Source: an uncultured Verrucomicrobiae bacterium
GTDB taxonomy: Bacteria > Verrucomicrobiota > Verrucomicrobiia > Chthoniobacterales > JAFAMB01
Assembly: GCA_963782115.1 (NCBI GenBank)
Contig: CAWAIK010000001.1
Span: 96,001 to 160,000, forward strand
Reading direction: 5' to 3'
Length of the DNA stretch: 64,000 nt
Made by a program: the position numbers and the translations under genes. Below the pieces are notes generated by a model. The model did no database searches. It was not told the DNA's origin and saw nothing but the letters and a program-made list of their open reading frames with translations. Below are positions 42,322 through 52,354 of this stretch, piece by piece (position 1 is the stretch's first letter; every line of letters starts with the position of its first letter).

Positions 42322-42451
42322 GCTGATTCCTTCGTTCTCGTATGAGTCACTCTGTAGCCCCAAACGATGGTTTGTGACCCTAAGTCAGCTCTTTTGCGAC
42401 CGCAAGATTCGACGGGCAGCTAGGTGGTTGACTCGGCTTGTTGCCCCGGGG

Positions 42452-43037
42452 TTAAAGGCTGCCGGCTTGCGGATTTCTTTGGTGCTCAATGCACCGGCTG
42501 ACGACGGCCAAAAAATTTTTCAACACCAGCGAAGAAGCTTCACGCAGCCAGATCATCCTCAATTGAAATAGAGGCACGGGAGAGGAGAGCCGTCTGATCC
42601 CACAGGCATGGCCTGGGGAACCGACCAGCAACTCCGGTAAGATGGCGACGCCGTAGCCGGCGGGGATCATCCCCAGGATGTTGGCCACTGCGTCGACCGG
42701 GTGGATGGCAGCGGGCGTGAAATCAGCCGCCGCGCAGAGAGCTGAGCCAGCCCTTGGGTATAGCCGGGCGACGTTTCAGGGATGGACTTAGGAGAATTTG
42801 GTTGGAAAGCGCCTCTACGCCGATCTCGGGGGCGGCGTCCCCAAAACCGTGCCCGGCTGGGAGAACAGCGACCATCGGACAAGTCACCAGTTGTCGGGAC
42901 TCGAACCGGCGATCGAGGGAAGTGCCTAAATCCGGGGCGATGCCGAGGTGGATGCGTCGATCGTGCAGAGCTGCCAACTGCTCAGCGCGGTCCATCTCGA
43001 CAAGAAAAATCTCGACCTCCGGAAACTCCTCGCGAAA
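42452..43037 (-). pseudogene. LysR-family regulator, substrate-binding domain only, frameshifted
   Basis: FREEFPEVEIFLVEM...QLAALHDRRIHLGI and ILGMIPAGYGVAILP. The HTH is replaced by the repeat array. Confidence 0.8.
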
Positions 43038-43583
43038 TAGCGGCTCAAGTGGATCGGATGGCTTTTTAAAGAGGGTGACTTTTTGTGACCTTCGCGATCT
43101 TCTGTTCAACAAAGTCTTTGCTTTTTTTTGGTCTTAGTGCCGGAAGAGCGAAGAAAAATCATCTGCACAGAAGATCGCAAAGATCACAAAGAAGAAGCAG
43201 CCGGCGCCTGGAGCCCCCTCTTCAAAACTGTAGCGGCTCAAGTGGATCGGATGGCTTTTGAAGAGAGTGACTCTTTGTGACCTTCGTGATCTTCTGTTCA
43301 AAAATGTCTTTGCTTTTTTTTGGTCTTAGTGCCGGAAGAGCGAAGAAAAATCATCTGCACAGAAGATCGCAAAGATCACAAAGAAGAAGCAGCCGGCGCC
43401 TGGAGCCCCCTCTTCAAAACTGTAGCGGCTCAAGTGGATCGGATGGCTTTTAAAGAGAGTGACTCTTTGTGACCTTCGCGATCTTCTGTTCAAAAATGTC
43501 TTTTGTTTTTTCGTCTTAGTGCCGGAGGAGCGAAGAAGAATCATCTGCACAGCAGCAGCAGATCGCAAAGATCACGAAGAAGC
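43038..43583. repeat. Tandem array of 192-193-bp units (about 2.8 copies), each with an internal inverted repeat (family E)
   Basis: Units start TAGCGGCTCAAGTGGATCGG at 43038, 43231 and 43423. Internal IR TTTGTGACCTTCGCGATCTTCTGT / ACAGAAGATCGCAAAGATCACAAA. Confidence 0.95.
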
Positions 43584-44242
43584 GCCCCTGTCGGTCACGT
43601 CGAACTCAGAGCTTCTCACCCCGGAGGATCGCGCCGCCATCAGCGGCGCCTTCGGTGTCCCCGTGATCGATCAGTTCGTCTCCACCGAGGGTCTCATCGG
43701 TCTTAGCGAGCCCGGCCAGACGGTGCTCACTTTCGCCAATGACCCTGTGCATCGCCGAGTGTGTCGACGACGGCAATAACCCCGTTCCCAACGGCACCGC
43801 CTCCGCGAAGGTGCTGGTCACCAATTTGCACAATCTGACCCAGCCGCTGATCCGCTACGAGCTCACCGACCGGTTCGTCCCCGTCGGAGTTTCCCAGGGC
43901 GGCTGCCTGCGAGCCAGCGTCGAAGGACGCTCCGACGAGGTCTTCCGCTATGGCGTAACCGAGGTTCACCCGCACGTGATCCGCACTATCCTTGTCGCCT
44001 CGGCGGGGATCCGCGAGTACCAGGTTCGCCAGACCGAGCGGGGCCTCGACATGTCGGCCGTGGCGGAAGGGGAAGTCGACCACGCCGCTGTCGCCGCCGC
44101 CCTGGAAGGAAGACTATGTCATGCGGGCGTCGGTGAACCCCAGGTCACCATCCAGCTGGTCGACGCGATCCCCCGCGACCCCAAGACGGGAAAAGTCAGG
44201 CGCTTCGTCCCGCTGCAGGCCCCTTCATCATGGACGCTGTGA
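43584..44242 (+). pseudogene. Phenylacetate-CoA ligase (PaaK)-family C-terminal fragment
   Basis: SELLT...FGVPVIDQFVSTEG, frameshift at about 43740, LVTNLHNLTQPLIRYELTD, EGRSDE, IPRDPKTGKVRR. Confidence 0.8.
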
Positions 44243-44361
44243 GGGGCGCCGCCAGCGCCGTCGCCAGCGACAGCAACCTACTCAGAATACCGTCGCCAAA
44301 AAGCGAACGGGTCAGGAGGACGTGGATTTCGATTACCTCTTTGCTAATTTCTTCTAACAGT

Positions 44362-45243
44362 ATGAGCAAGAGTGGCAGATCAATCTCAGTCCGGGCCGGC
44401 CGTTTGGAGTTCGTTAAAATCAATGCCGCCAAATTCAACCTGCGAGACAGCTATCATTTCATTCTGACCTTAACTTGGCCACAGTTCGCTGCGTTGGTCC
44501 TGGCCGTTTACGTCCTGATCAATCTGATCTTCGCCAGCTTGTACTGGCTTAGGGGCGGGTGCATCGCCGAGTTACCGCCGGGTTCGTTTTCCGAGGCCTT
44601 TTTCTTCAGCGTGGAAACTCTGGCCACGGTCGGCTACGGACACATGTACCCGGACACCCTTTACGGCCACTGCGTCACGACCGTCGAGATAGTGGTTGGC
44701 ATGTTCGGTATGGCCGCTATCACCGGTCTGATCTTTGTTCGGTTCTCGCGACCGACCGCCCGGATTCTATTCAGCAAATGTGCCGTCATATCGCCTTTTG
44801 ACGGAATACCAACATTGATGCTGCGGGTGGCCAACCAGCGCCACATCGCAATGGCTGAGGCAGAATTCCGCGTGATGCTTTTCCGCGATGAACCGACCCG
44901 GGAAGAAGCGAGTGTTCGGCGGTTCTATCCGCTTAAGCTCCAGTTCGATCGTATGATCGCGTTTCCGGTGGCGCTGACTCTCCGGCACGTGATCGACGAA
45001 AGCAGCCCCCTCTACGGGATGACCGCGGAAGACTTGAAAAAGAGCGACACGCGGTTGATGGCATCGATCGTCTGCATCGACACCGTCATTCCAGCGCCCG
45101 TCCAAAGCGCGACCGATTACTCATACGACGATATTCTCTGGAATCGCCGCTTTGTGGAAATTTATACAGAGACGAATGACGGTCGGCTAACCGTGGATTA
45201 CGGCCGGATTCACGATACCGAAGAAGCCGAAACCCAGGTGTAG
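44362..45243 (+). CDS. Inward-rectifier potassium channel (KirBac)
   Basis: FFFSVETLATVGYG filter, FVRFSRPTARILFS, PTLMLRVANQR, HVIDESSPLYG. Confidence 0.95.
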   Translation: MSKSGRSISVRAGRLEFVKINAAKFNLRDSYHFILTLTWPQFAALVLAVYVLINLIFASLYWLRGGCIAELPPGSFSEAFFFSVETLATVGYGHMYPDTLYGHCVTTVEIVVGMFGMAAITGLIFVRFSRPTARILFSKCAVISPFDGIPTLMLRVANQRHIAMAEAEFRVMLFRDEPTREEASVRRFYPLKLQFDRMIAFPVALTLRHVIDESSPLYGMTAEDLKKSDTRLMASIVCIDTVIPAPVQSATDYSYDDILWNRRFVEIYTETNDGRLTVDYGRIHDTEEAETQV

Positions 45244-45426
45244 ATCGTTGCTGGTTGAAGGCGGTTTGCGGCTACGAAGAGGCGTGAAACAGCGTATCCA
45301 CAGGTGCCATTGCTCGCTCTCAACGGCATCGAGGACGAGCGAAGTTATTCACAATCCGGGGTCGCTCACGCTCGAAAGCCGGAAAAAACGCTTTTGCCCC
45401 CGGCTCGATGAATAACTTCGGGCCAA

Positions 45427-45548
45427 CTTCTGTGCAAATGATTTTTCTTCGTTCCCCCGGCACTAAGGCAGAAAAAAAGCAGAAGTCATTTTTGAACAGA
45501 AGATCGCAAAGATCACAAAGAGTCACTGTCTTTAAGTTTAAGAGCCAC
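45427..45548 (-). repeat. Inverted partial copy of the family E unit
   Basis: CTTCTGTGCAAATGATTTTTCTTCG...CCGGCACTAAG...TTTTTGAACAGAAGATCGCAAAGATCACAAAGAGTCAC is the reverse complement of the array unit. Confidence 0.85.
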
Positions 45549-45747
45549 CGGAGGCACGTGGACCTGCGTTGTCTAAATCGCGATCAGCAACGAACGAAAC
45601 GCTCATTAATCCCCACTGGTCCTCTTGTTCTGAGTCGTCCTCGTTATCGTTATCGATCTTTGATCGTTGCCAGTGAGAGCGATTTGCGCCTACAAAGAGG
45701 CGTGAACAGGGTATCCGATCGAGGACGATAACGAGCACGATTGGGAA

Positions 45748-46080
45748 TCATTCAAGAGAAGCAACCGTCCCAACGCGGTCCCCTCGCGAGCCATCGTCGA
45801 CTTCAGGCTCAAGGGCCCAACGATCGTGCGCTTTTTGCAAGTGGTTGCGCATCGCTTCACGGGCTTGCTCAGGATCGTGCGCTGCCAGCGCCGCCACGAT
45901 ATCACGGTGTTCGGCCAAAACCGCGTTCCAGGTTTCTGCGATATCAAAAAGGATCGCGAACTGCCGGGCCCACGGTCTCTCGCCCTGGTCAATCAATTCC
46001 GTGATCAGCCGTAGGAGCACCTTGTTCTCGAGCTGCGCCGCGATGTAGAGGTGAAACCGCCGATCGGCAGCCAGGCGGGC
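45748..46080 (-). pseudogene. GntR/FadR regulator, FCD C-terminal fragment
   Basis: ADRRFHLYIA...NKVL, EHRDIVAAL...DPEQAREAMRNHL. No HTH. Confidence 0.8.
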
Positions 46081-46094
46081 CGCTGCTGTCGTCT

Positions 46095-46781
46095 TAGTTG
46101 CGGATAATCGACGTTTCGAAAACCTGACGCGGATCTGGCTCGCTGATGGCCGGGGACCACTACAAGTGGAGGGCGATGCGCGCAAATGGAATCCCCGAGC
46201 GATTCATTACCGGCGACGCCGACGATTACCATAAGTTCCTGGCCTATGCCCGAACGGTCCCAGCCACTCTTCGTAACCCGCTCTATCATTGGACGCACCT
46301 GGAATTACGGCGCTACTTTGGCATCACGGAGCTTTTAAACGAACAATCAGCGCCAAGGATCTGGGCCCAGGCCAACGAACAACTTCAGGAACTCACCGTG
46401 CATCGGATCCTCGAGAAATTCAGGGTCTCGGTCATTTGCACAACGGATGATCCGACCGATGACCTTGCTGCTCATCAAGCGATTCGGACCAGCGGCTTGC
46501 CAACTCGCGTTTATCCGGCGTTCCGTCCGGACAAGGTATTCGCGATCGACCAGAGCGACACTTTCCAGCCGTGGATTGAACGCCTGGAAAAGTCGAGTGC
46601 TCGCAGTTGTGCGGAGCTGGCGGGGCTGCTCGAAGCCCTGCGAATTCGGCACGAATTTTTTGGATCGCTTGGGGCAAAACTATCGGATCATGGCATACCT
46701 TTTACTTATTCTGAGCCATGCAATGAAGCTGAGGCGAGTGCGATCTATGCGCGTGCCCACTCGGGCGTTTCCACGACATGA
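46095..46781 (+). pseudogene. uxaC: Uronate isomerase internal fragment
   Basis: NRRFENLTRIWL, frameshift, GDHYKWRAMRANG, NPLYHWTHLEL, CTTDDP, FRPDK, SDHG. Both ends missing. Confidence 0.9.
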
Positions 46782-47121
46782 CAGAACCAGCAAAGACATT
46801 TAAGGATTTGGTAGTACTATCATCTTACCAAACGTCAAAACGCGCCCCAACTGGCTGACATCATGGGCAACAGCCTCAAGATCGTATATTCGGGCTACCG
46901 TGAAATCGTTGACCCTTCGCAGGCCGAACTGTACTGGCTAATTATGGCGCCAGCGCCGGCGGCCAACGTAATCACAATAGCTGGCTGATTTGCATCCTTT
47001 CAAAGAAAATCGCAGAACGCTTCCTGTGGTTCACGCAAACTGCTCGCCCGATGGGGAAGCGGTCACAACGAACTTTTGTCGCAGTGCGTAATGTGAGATA
47101 ACCCCAACCAAGAAGAAATAA

Positions 47122-47500
47122 ATGAGCAGAGGCTCCAGCAAAGTCGCTATTGCACGGCTGCTTAAGCATGACGAGCATTTGGCGAAGGAGAAAGAGTTTA
47201 CCAGGTTACGCGACCAACTCAGTCAGCAGCGACGCGATCTGCCTTGGGAGCGCGTGGACAAAGAGTGTATTTTCGAGGGACCAGACGGCCCGGAATCTTT
47301 GTCGAAGCTTTTTGTCGGAAAATCTCAACTGATCGTCTATTCGATTCTGAAACAGTTGGTATTAGCGTGTTCTACAAGGACCAGGACGGGCTGATGTCTC
47401 ACACCTTTTCATGTTATTCACGCAGCGTGGACATGTTGAATGGCGCCTATCATTACATCGACTTGACTTCCAAGGGCCGGGACGAAGCCGATCATTTTAT
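47122..47500 (+). pseudogene. DUF899 (thioredoxin-like) protein with an internal deletion
   Basis: LAKEKEFTRLRD...RRDLPW...SQLIVY joined out of frame to GISVFYK...HT...DLTSKGRDE. Confidence 0.8.
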
Positions 47501-47592
47501 ACGATGTGCTCAGGAAATCAGATCGGGGATTGCTTTGGTTCAACGGCCTATTTCTCTTTTGGCTCGCGTTTATCCCGTTCCCCACAAATCGA

Positions 47593-47895
47593 CTAATCAT
47601 TGGGCGCGAAGCGGAAACTGGGAATCTCTCTTCCTAGTACATATCCGGCTTTAACGGTGCTATGAGGAGGAACAATTTTTAGGTCGGCACGATCGTTGAT
47701 GGTATAAATAGCCGTATATGTTTTATCGGAGTCATTCCTGATTTTGATCGCCCATCCGAGAAAAGCATTCACCCTGAACGCTATGAGAGGTCCAGAGGTC
47801 CCCACTGCGGCGTCGGAATCACAGAAACCAGCCGAAGCGGTCAATCCCAACACCATCAGCCCCAGCGTCACTCGAAACAACAACAAAGTCTTCAT
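47593..47895 (-). CDS. Small hypothetical secreted protein
   Basis: Signal-peptide-like N-terminus. Start overlaps the upstream stop. Confidence 0.55.
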   Translation of the reverse strand: MKTLLLFRVTLGLMVLGLTASAGFCDSDAAVGTSGPLIAFRVNAFLGWAIKIRNDSDKTYTAIYTINDRADLKIVPPHSTVKAGYVLGREIPSFRFAPND

Positions 47896-48221
47896 TCCTG
47901 TTCGCGAAATTTATACGTGTGTAACAAATTGCTGGCAATTCCAAGCGAGACCAAAAGCGATCGGTCGATAACCGGTCTCACTCTTTGATAATGATCGACC
48001 TGAAACCTCTGTATTCCGATCGCAGTATTTTCGCCCAAATACCCATCGACAGCGTCGGCATAATAGCCGCGATTACGCAGAGCGATCTGGACTTTCCTGA
48101 CGATCGCAGGATTGGCGGGATAGATCGCTTGCGATTTGGGCGGCGGCACCTGCTCATCGGAACATGCTCCCAGGCAAAGAGCCACTTCGATCAGAATGAT
48201 GAGCCGAGAAATTTCTCTCAT
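47892..48221 (-). CDS. Peptidoglycan-binding domain lipoprotein
   Basis: LGAC lipobox, VQIALRNRGYY...VDGYLGENTAIGIQRFQ. Confidence 0.8.
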   Translation of the reverse strand: MREISRLIILIEVALCLGACSDEQVPPPKSQAIYPANPAIVRKVQIALRNRGYYADAVDGYLGENTAIGIQRFQVDHYQRVRPVIDRSLLVSLGIASNLLHTYKFREQE

Positions 48222-48414
48222 ATCGCTTGTACCACTTATATGAATTCGCTACTACCGCGTCAACTTGGTTCGACTGCGGTTTATTGGTATCCATCATTTC
48301 AATTGAGGACGCATTTATCCTCATAGCGATCGTAAAAGCTACAATGACGGAAATACGCAGATAACGTCGGTAGGTGCGGTATGCCGGCGCTTTTTTGGCG
48401 GTTTCTTTTTTCGT

Positions 48415-48515
48415 GGAAGAAGCGTTCGACCATGTTCATCCATGAAGCGTTGGTGGGCGTAAAATGCCGATGAAAGCGCGGATGAAGCTTTAGCCAGCGA
48501 CGGACCTTTTGGTCG
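48415..48515 (-). pseudogene. IS630 transposase fragment
   Basis: KVRRWLKLHPRFHRHFTPTNASWMNMVERFF. Confidence 0.75.
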
Positions 48516-48765
48516 GGGAAGTAGCTCACTTCCTCGATATGCCACTCTGCAACCTGCTCATTGCCTTGCTTCGGTTCATCCTGCTTCCCGCTCAGGCCAC
48601 GGCAAGAAAAGGCCGGATCCATTTTCAATAAAGCCCTTAACGCAATGGACTCGAGACGATTCGCCGAATGAGATCGCCAAAAAAACTCAAGGCGGAGGGA
48701 TTTATTGCTGGCAAAAGCTGGAGCTTTCGCTTACTTGCGACCAGTTTTCTTTGCTAGATATTCGA

Positions 48766-49575
48766 ATGATTCATCGAACCGCCGTTGTTGATCTGAAGGC
48801 TCAGCTTGATTCCGAAGTGGTTATTGGACCGTATGTCTTAATTGAAGGTCCCGTTCAGATATCTTCCGGCACAGAGATCCAAGGCCATGCCGTGATTACC
48901 GGATCAGTTCGGATTGGTAAGAAGAATCGGATCGGTTACGGAGCGGTGATTGGCTCGTTCCCTCAGGATCTCAGCTTCGATCCGAATGCCAACTCCGGTG
49001 TGGAGATTGGAGAGAACAATGTCATACGGGAATACTGCACCATCCATCGCGGCACGAAAGAAGGATCAAATACGCTCGTCGGATCGAACAACCTTCTGAT
49101 GGTAGGCGCGCACCTGGGACACAATACTCGACTGGGGAACAACGTAATCCTTGCGAATAACGTTTTGCTTGGGGGTTATGTTGAAATTCACGATCGAGTC
49201 TTTGTCGGCGGCGGCAGCGTTGTTCACCAGTTCACCAGGATGGGTGCAATTTCACTTCTGCAAGGGCTCTCCGCCATCAGTAAGGATATTCCGCCATTTT
49301 CAATCGGTATGGGCAGAAATGTTGTTTCCGCAATTAATGTCGTTGGGCTGCGCCGAGCCGGATTCGCTCCAGAACTGCGGAAGCAAGCGAAAGACGCATT
49401 TGGGCTCTTTTACCACAGAGGTTTGAATTCGACTCAGGCTCTCGAGGAGGCCAGCAAATGCTCCTGGTCGAAGGAGGTTTCGTTGTTTTGGAATTTCGTA
49501 GCAACTTCGAAACGTGGGATCTGCTCGACGGTTCGGTGGAAGGACGTTCGAGGCGCCAGCGCCGTCGAAGAGTAG
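48766..49575 (+). CDS. lpxA: Acyl-ACP--UDP-N-acetylglucosamine O-acyltransferase
   Basis: MIHRTAVV, hexapeptide repeats, PQDL, REYCTIHRGT, HLGHN, VHQF, INVVGLRR. Confidence 0.92.
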   Translation: MIHRTAVVDLKAQLDSEVVIGPYVLIEGPVQISSGTEIQGHAVITGSVRIGKKNRIGYGAVIGSFPQDLSFDPNANSGVEIGENNVIREYCTIHRGTKEGSNTLVGSNNLLMVGAHLGHNTRLGNNVILANNVLLGGYVEIHDRVFVGGGSVVHQFTRMGAISLLQGLSAISKDIPPFSIGMGRNVVSAINVVGLRRAGFAPELRKQAKDAFGLFYHRGLNSTQALEEASKCSWSKEVSLFWNFVATSKRGICSTVRWKDVRGASAVEE

Positions 49576-49694
49576 GAGGCCGCGTGGACACCAACCGAAG
49601 TTTTTCGCAGCGTTCTGGAAAAATTTCAGAAAACCTGCTGCAGGCGGACCAGATCTGTGCGTACTCTTGAGGTAGGAGGTTTAATCACATGTGA

Positions 49695-50020
49695 ATGGCT
49701 AAATCCTGGTCAAGGTTCTCCCGTCCAGCCGATTATTTAGTCTATCTTATTTTTAGATTTGTTGCATGGATCTTTTGGCAACTCCCGCTGCGGTGGACCT
49801 TCAGGCTCGGGCAGGTGCTCGGGTTGTTTGGCTATGTAGCTCTTTGGAAGGATCGCAAACTAGCATCGGTAAACATTTGAATCGCTTTTCCAGAGTGGAC
49901 GAAAAACAGGTGCGCAAAAATTGCCGCGATCATTTTCGAACAATGACGGCTAATCTTTTCTGTTCATTTGTTCTCACGCAAAAGCCGTGGGATGAAGCGA
50001 GCTCGTACATCGACATTTCC
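49695..50020 (+). pseudogene. Lipid A late acyltransferase (LpxL-like), N-terminal part
   Basis: YLVYLIFR...LP...FRLG...RKLASVNI*IAFPEW has an in-frame stop, then a frameshift and truncation. Lies downstream of lpxA. Confidence 0.65.
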
Positions 50021-50214
50021 CTCTGCTCGCTCAGGCTTCGAATATTAAGGCCGCTTCCAGCCGGCTTTTCTCGCTGATCATTATACGCACCTGGTTAGCG
50101 AATCCCTTCAAAAGTTATTATCGACCCGACTTCAATACCATGGGTGCGGTCCAGCTTACGGCATGGCAAATCTTCAAATGGGGGGACTACGAAACAACAG
50201 GAGAGCACACCCTC

Positions 50215-50555
50215 AATGAGCGGGACCGCAAGCTAATTGAAAGTCTTGGAAAAATTACGAAGAGGCAATGAATAAGAACGATGCCGCTGCGATGGCTACG
50301 CTCTTAGCGGAGGACGTGGTTCAGGTGGCATCAGGAAGGGCTGTTTTTCGGTCGACAGGCTATCGAGAAAAGCTATGGGGACGGCTTTGAGTCTGGGATT
50401 TTTTCTGACAATATCCGCAAGAGCAATCAGCTGAACGGCATCGGCGACGTGGCTTGGTCGGTAGGAGAATGGAGTTGCACTGTTGGAACTGAGGACGGTC
50501 CTGTGCATCTCAAGGGCTACCGGTCATCGAGGTATGTTCGTGATGGTGCAAGGCG
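50215..50555 (+). pseudogene. SnoaL/DUF4440 (NTF2-like) protein remnant
   Basis: YEEAMNKNDAAAMATLLAEDVV...GRQAIEK and GDVAWSVGEWS...KGYRSSRYVRDG in shifted frames. Confidence 0.6.
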
Positions 50556-50877
50556 TTACGGCGAACTAGCGGTTTTAGGGTTGCCACGAGATTCATATCA
50601 AAGCTTTCCCGCCAATCCGCGGGGCTGATCTCTTCAAAGGGATGTTCGGGGGTAACGGTCACGCGTGGGTCATTGCCGCCCGCGGCGTTGACCAGAATGG
50701 TGGGCGCACCCAAGCGGCTCGACAAGGCTTCGCAGGCGGTTTTCAACGAGTTTTGGTCCAGAGCATCGGCCGAAAAAAATCCAGCATTGCCCCCCTGTTT
50801 TTGAATCGAGCGAACTCTCGCTTCGCCCCGTTCGGTGTTGCGGCCCAGCACGGCCACCTTTGCTCCGTTTGCGGCTA

Positions 50878-52086
50878 ATGTAGTGCTGCACAAATAACTA
50901 GACATTACGGGTTGGCGCGATATTGTGATCTTCAATGAAGACGTCGCGTCAGTGCGTCAATCTGGAAGAACCGCAACGGCAATTACTGGAGCAATGGGTG
51001 CGCGCTCACAGCACGCCTCAGCAAGTAGCCAAGCGCTGCCGAATCATTCTGCAAAGCGCCGGCGGAAAACCAGATCGAGCGATTGCCATCGATTTGGACA
51101 TCAACCGGCACACCTGTCGGCTTTGGAGAGAGCGTTTTGTTGAGTGCGGAGTTGACTGCCTGTGGGATGTAGAAGCCGGTCGGGGGCGCAAAGTGCAGGC
51201 TGGTTTAGCTCAGAGAATCGTCGAAGCCACCCTTCATTCCAAGCCTGCAGGGCAAACACATTGGACCACGCGAAAGCTGGCCAAGGAGCAGGGAGTTCAT
51301 GCCAGCACTGTGGCGCGAATCTGGCAGGAGCACGAACTCAAACCACATCGGCAAAAGACCTTCAAACTCTCGCGTGACGCAAAGTTCGTCGAAAAGCTCC
51401 TCGACGTCGTCGGGGTCTATCTCAATCCTCCTCAACACGCCATCGTGCTCTGTGTCGATGAAAAGTGTCAAATTCAAGCCCTGGATCGCACTCAGCCCGG
51501 CTTGCCGCTGAAAAAGGGTCGCTGCGGCACCTGGACGCACGACTACGTCCGACACGGAACAACGACCTTGTTTGCGGCGCTCAATGCCGCCAGCGGTAAG
51601 GTAAGCGGCGAATGTTATCCGCGTCATCGCCATCAGGAGTTCATCAAATTCTTGCGCCGGCTGGATAACGAATTTGAGCCGGATCTGGAATTACACTTGA
51701 TCATGGACAACTACGGCACACACAAACATGAGAAGGTGCGCCACTTTCTGGATCGCCATCGGCGCTTCAAAGTTCATTACATCCCAACCAGTTCGAGTTG
51801 GCTCAACTTGGTGGAACGCTGGTTTGCCGAACTCAGCGGCAAGGCCGTACGGCGAGGCAGCTTTGCCAGTGTGCCTGACTTAATTGAAGCTATCTTCGAC
51901 TTCATTGCACAATGGAATGAAGAGCCGAGCCCATTCGTCTGGACAGCCAAAGCGGAGGACATCTTGGCAAAGATTGAAAGGTGTCGTCAGCGGTTGGAGG
52001 AAATCTCTCCAGGACGCACAAAACCGAAAAGAGGGCTAACGAAAGCCGCATGAATCCTATGTATAGTTATTTATGCGACAGTACAC
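50878..52086 (+). mobile_element. Complete IS630-family insertion sequence
   Basis: TA duplication at 50876-50877 / 52087-52088. Imperfect 30-bp IRs (24/30 counting TA). Confidence 0.93.
50935..52053 (+). CDS. IS630-family transposase
   Basis: VLCVDEK, HDYVRHGT, MDNYGTHK, PTSSSWLNLVERWF (DDE). Confidence 0.96.
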   Translation: MKTSRQCVNLEEPQRQLLEQWVRAHSTPQQVAKRCRIILQSAGGKPDRAIAIDLDINRHTCRLWRERFVECGVDCLWDVEAGRGRKVQAGLAQRIVEATLHSKPAGQTHWTTRKLAKEQGVHASTVARIWQEHELKPHRQKTFKLSRDAKFVEKLLDVVGVYLNPPQHAIVLCVDEKCQIQALDRTQPGLPLKKGRCGTWTHDYVRHGTTTLFAALNAASGKVSGECYPRHRHQEFIKFLRRLDNEFEPDLELHLIMDNYGTHKHEKVRHFLDRHRRFKVHYIPTSSSWLNLVERWFAELSGKAVRRGSFASVPDLIEAIFDFIAQWNEEPSPFVWTAKAEDILAKIERCRQRLEEISPGRTKPKRGLTKAA

Positions 52087-52290
52087 TAAGGCTTCCGCCA
52101 TTGCGCCACCAAGCACGCCGGTGGCGCCCATGACGGCGGCAACCTCTCCGGTCAGGTCAAACAAGTTCATTTCAGTTACCTCTTCGTTTTGCGTTAAAGC
52201 CATGTTTTCGCATTGCATAGAATCGCCCACTGCTCTCACTGCAGAGCGGCCGCTCTGATAGAACGCGCGATGATTCTTTTGGTGGAATGC

Positions 52291-52336
52291 TTGACAAGCT
52301 CTCCGAAGTTGTCTAATGGTCAAGTGGTAAGACCTT
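52291..52336 (+). promoter_or_regulatory. Putative promoter and FadR/GntR-type operator between the divergent SDR and uxaE genes
   Basis: TTGACA at 52291, TCTAAT at 52312 (short 15-bp spacer), TGGTAAGACC (GGT-N3-ACC) at 52325-52334. Confidence 0.45.
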
Positions 52337-52354
52337 GGTTTCCCCCTGATTATT

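Larger units (their letters stand above)
50580..52170 (-). pseudogene. SDR oxidoreductase (UxuB/fructuronate reductase-like), IS-interrupted and 3'-truncated
   Basis: MNLFDLTGEVAAVMGATGVLGGAMAEAL (52170-52087) rejoins in frame with AANGAKVAVLGRN...LVNAAGGN when the IS and one TA are removed. Confidence 0.85.

Noticed and set aside
43038..43583. CRISPR array
   Set aside because: Whole 192-193-bp units are near-identical, with no unique spacers and no cas genes.
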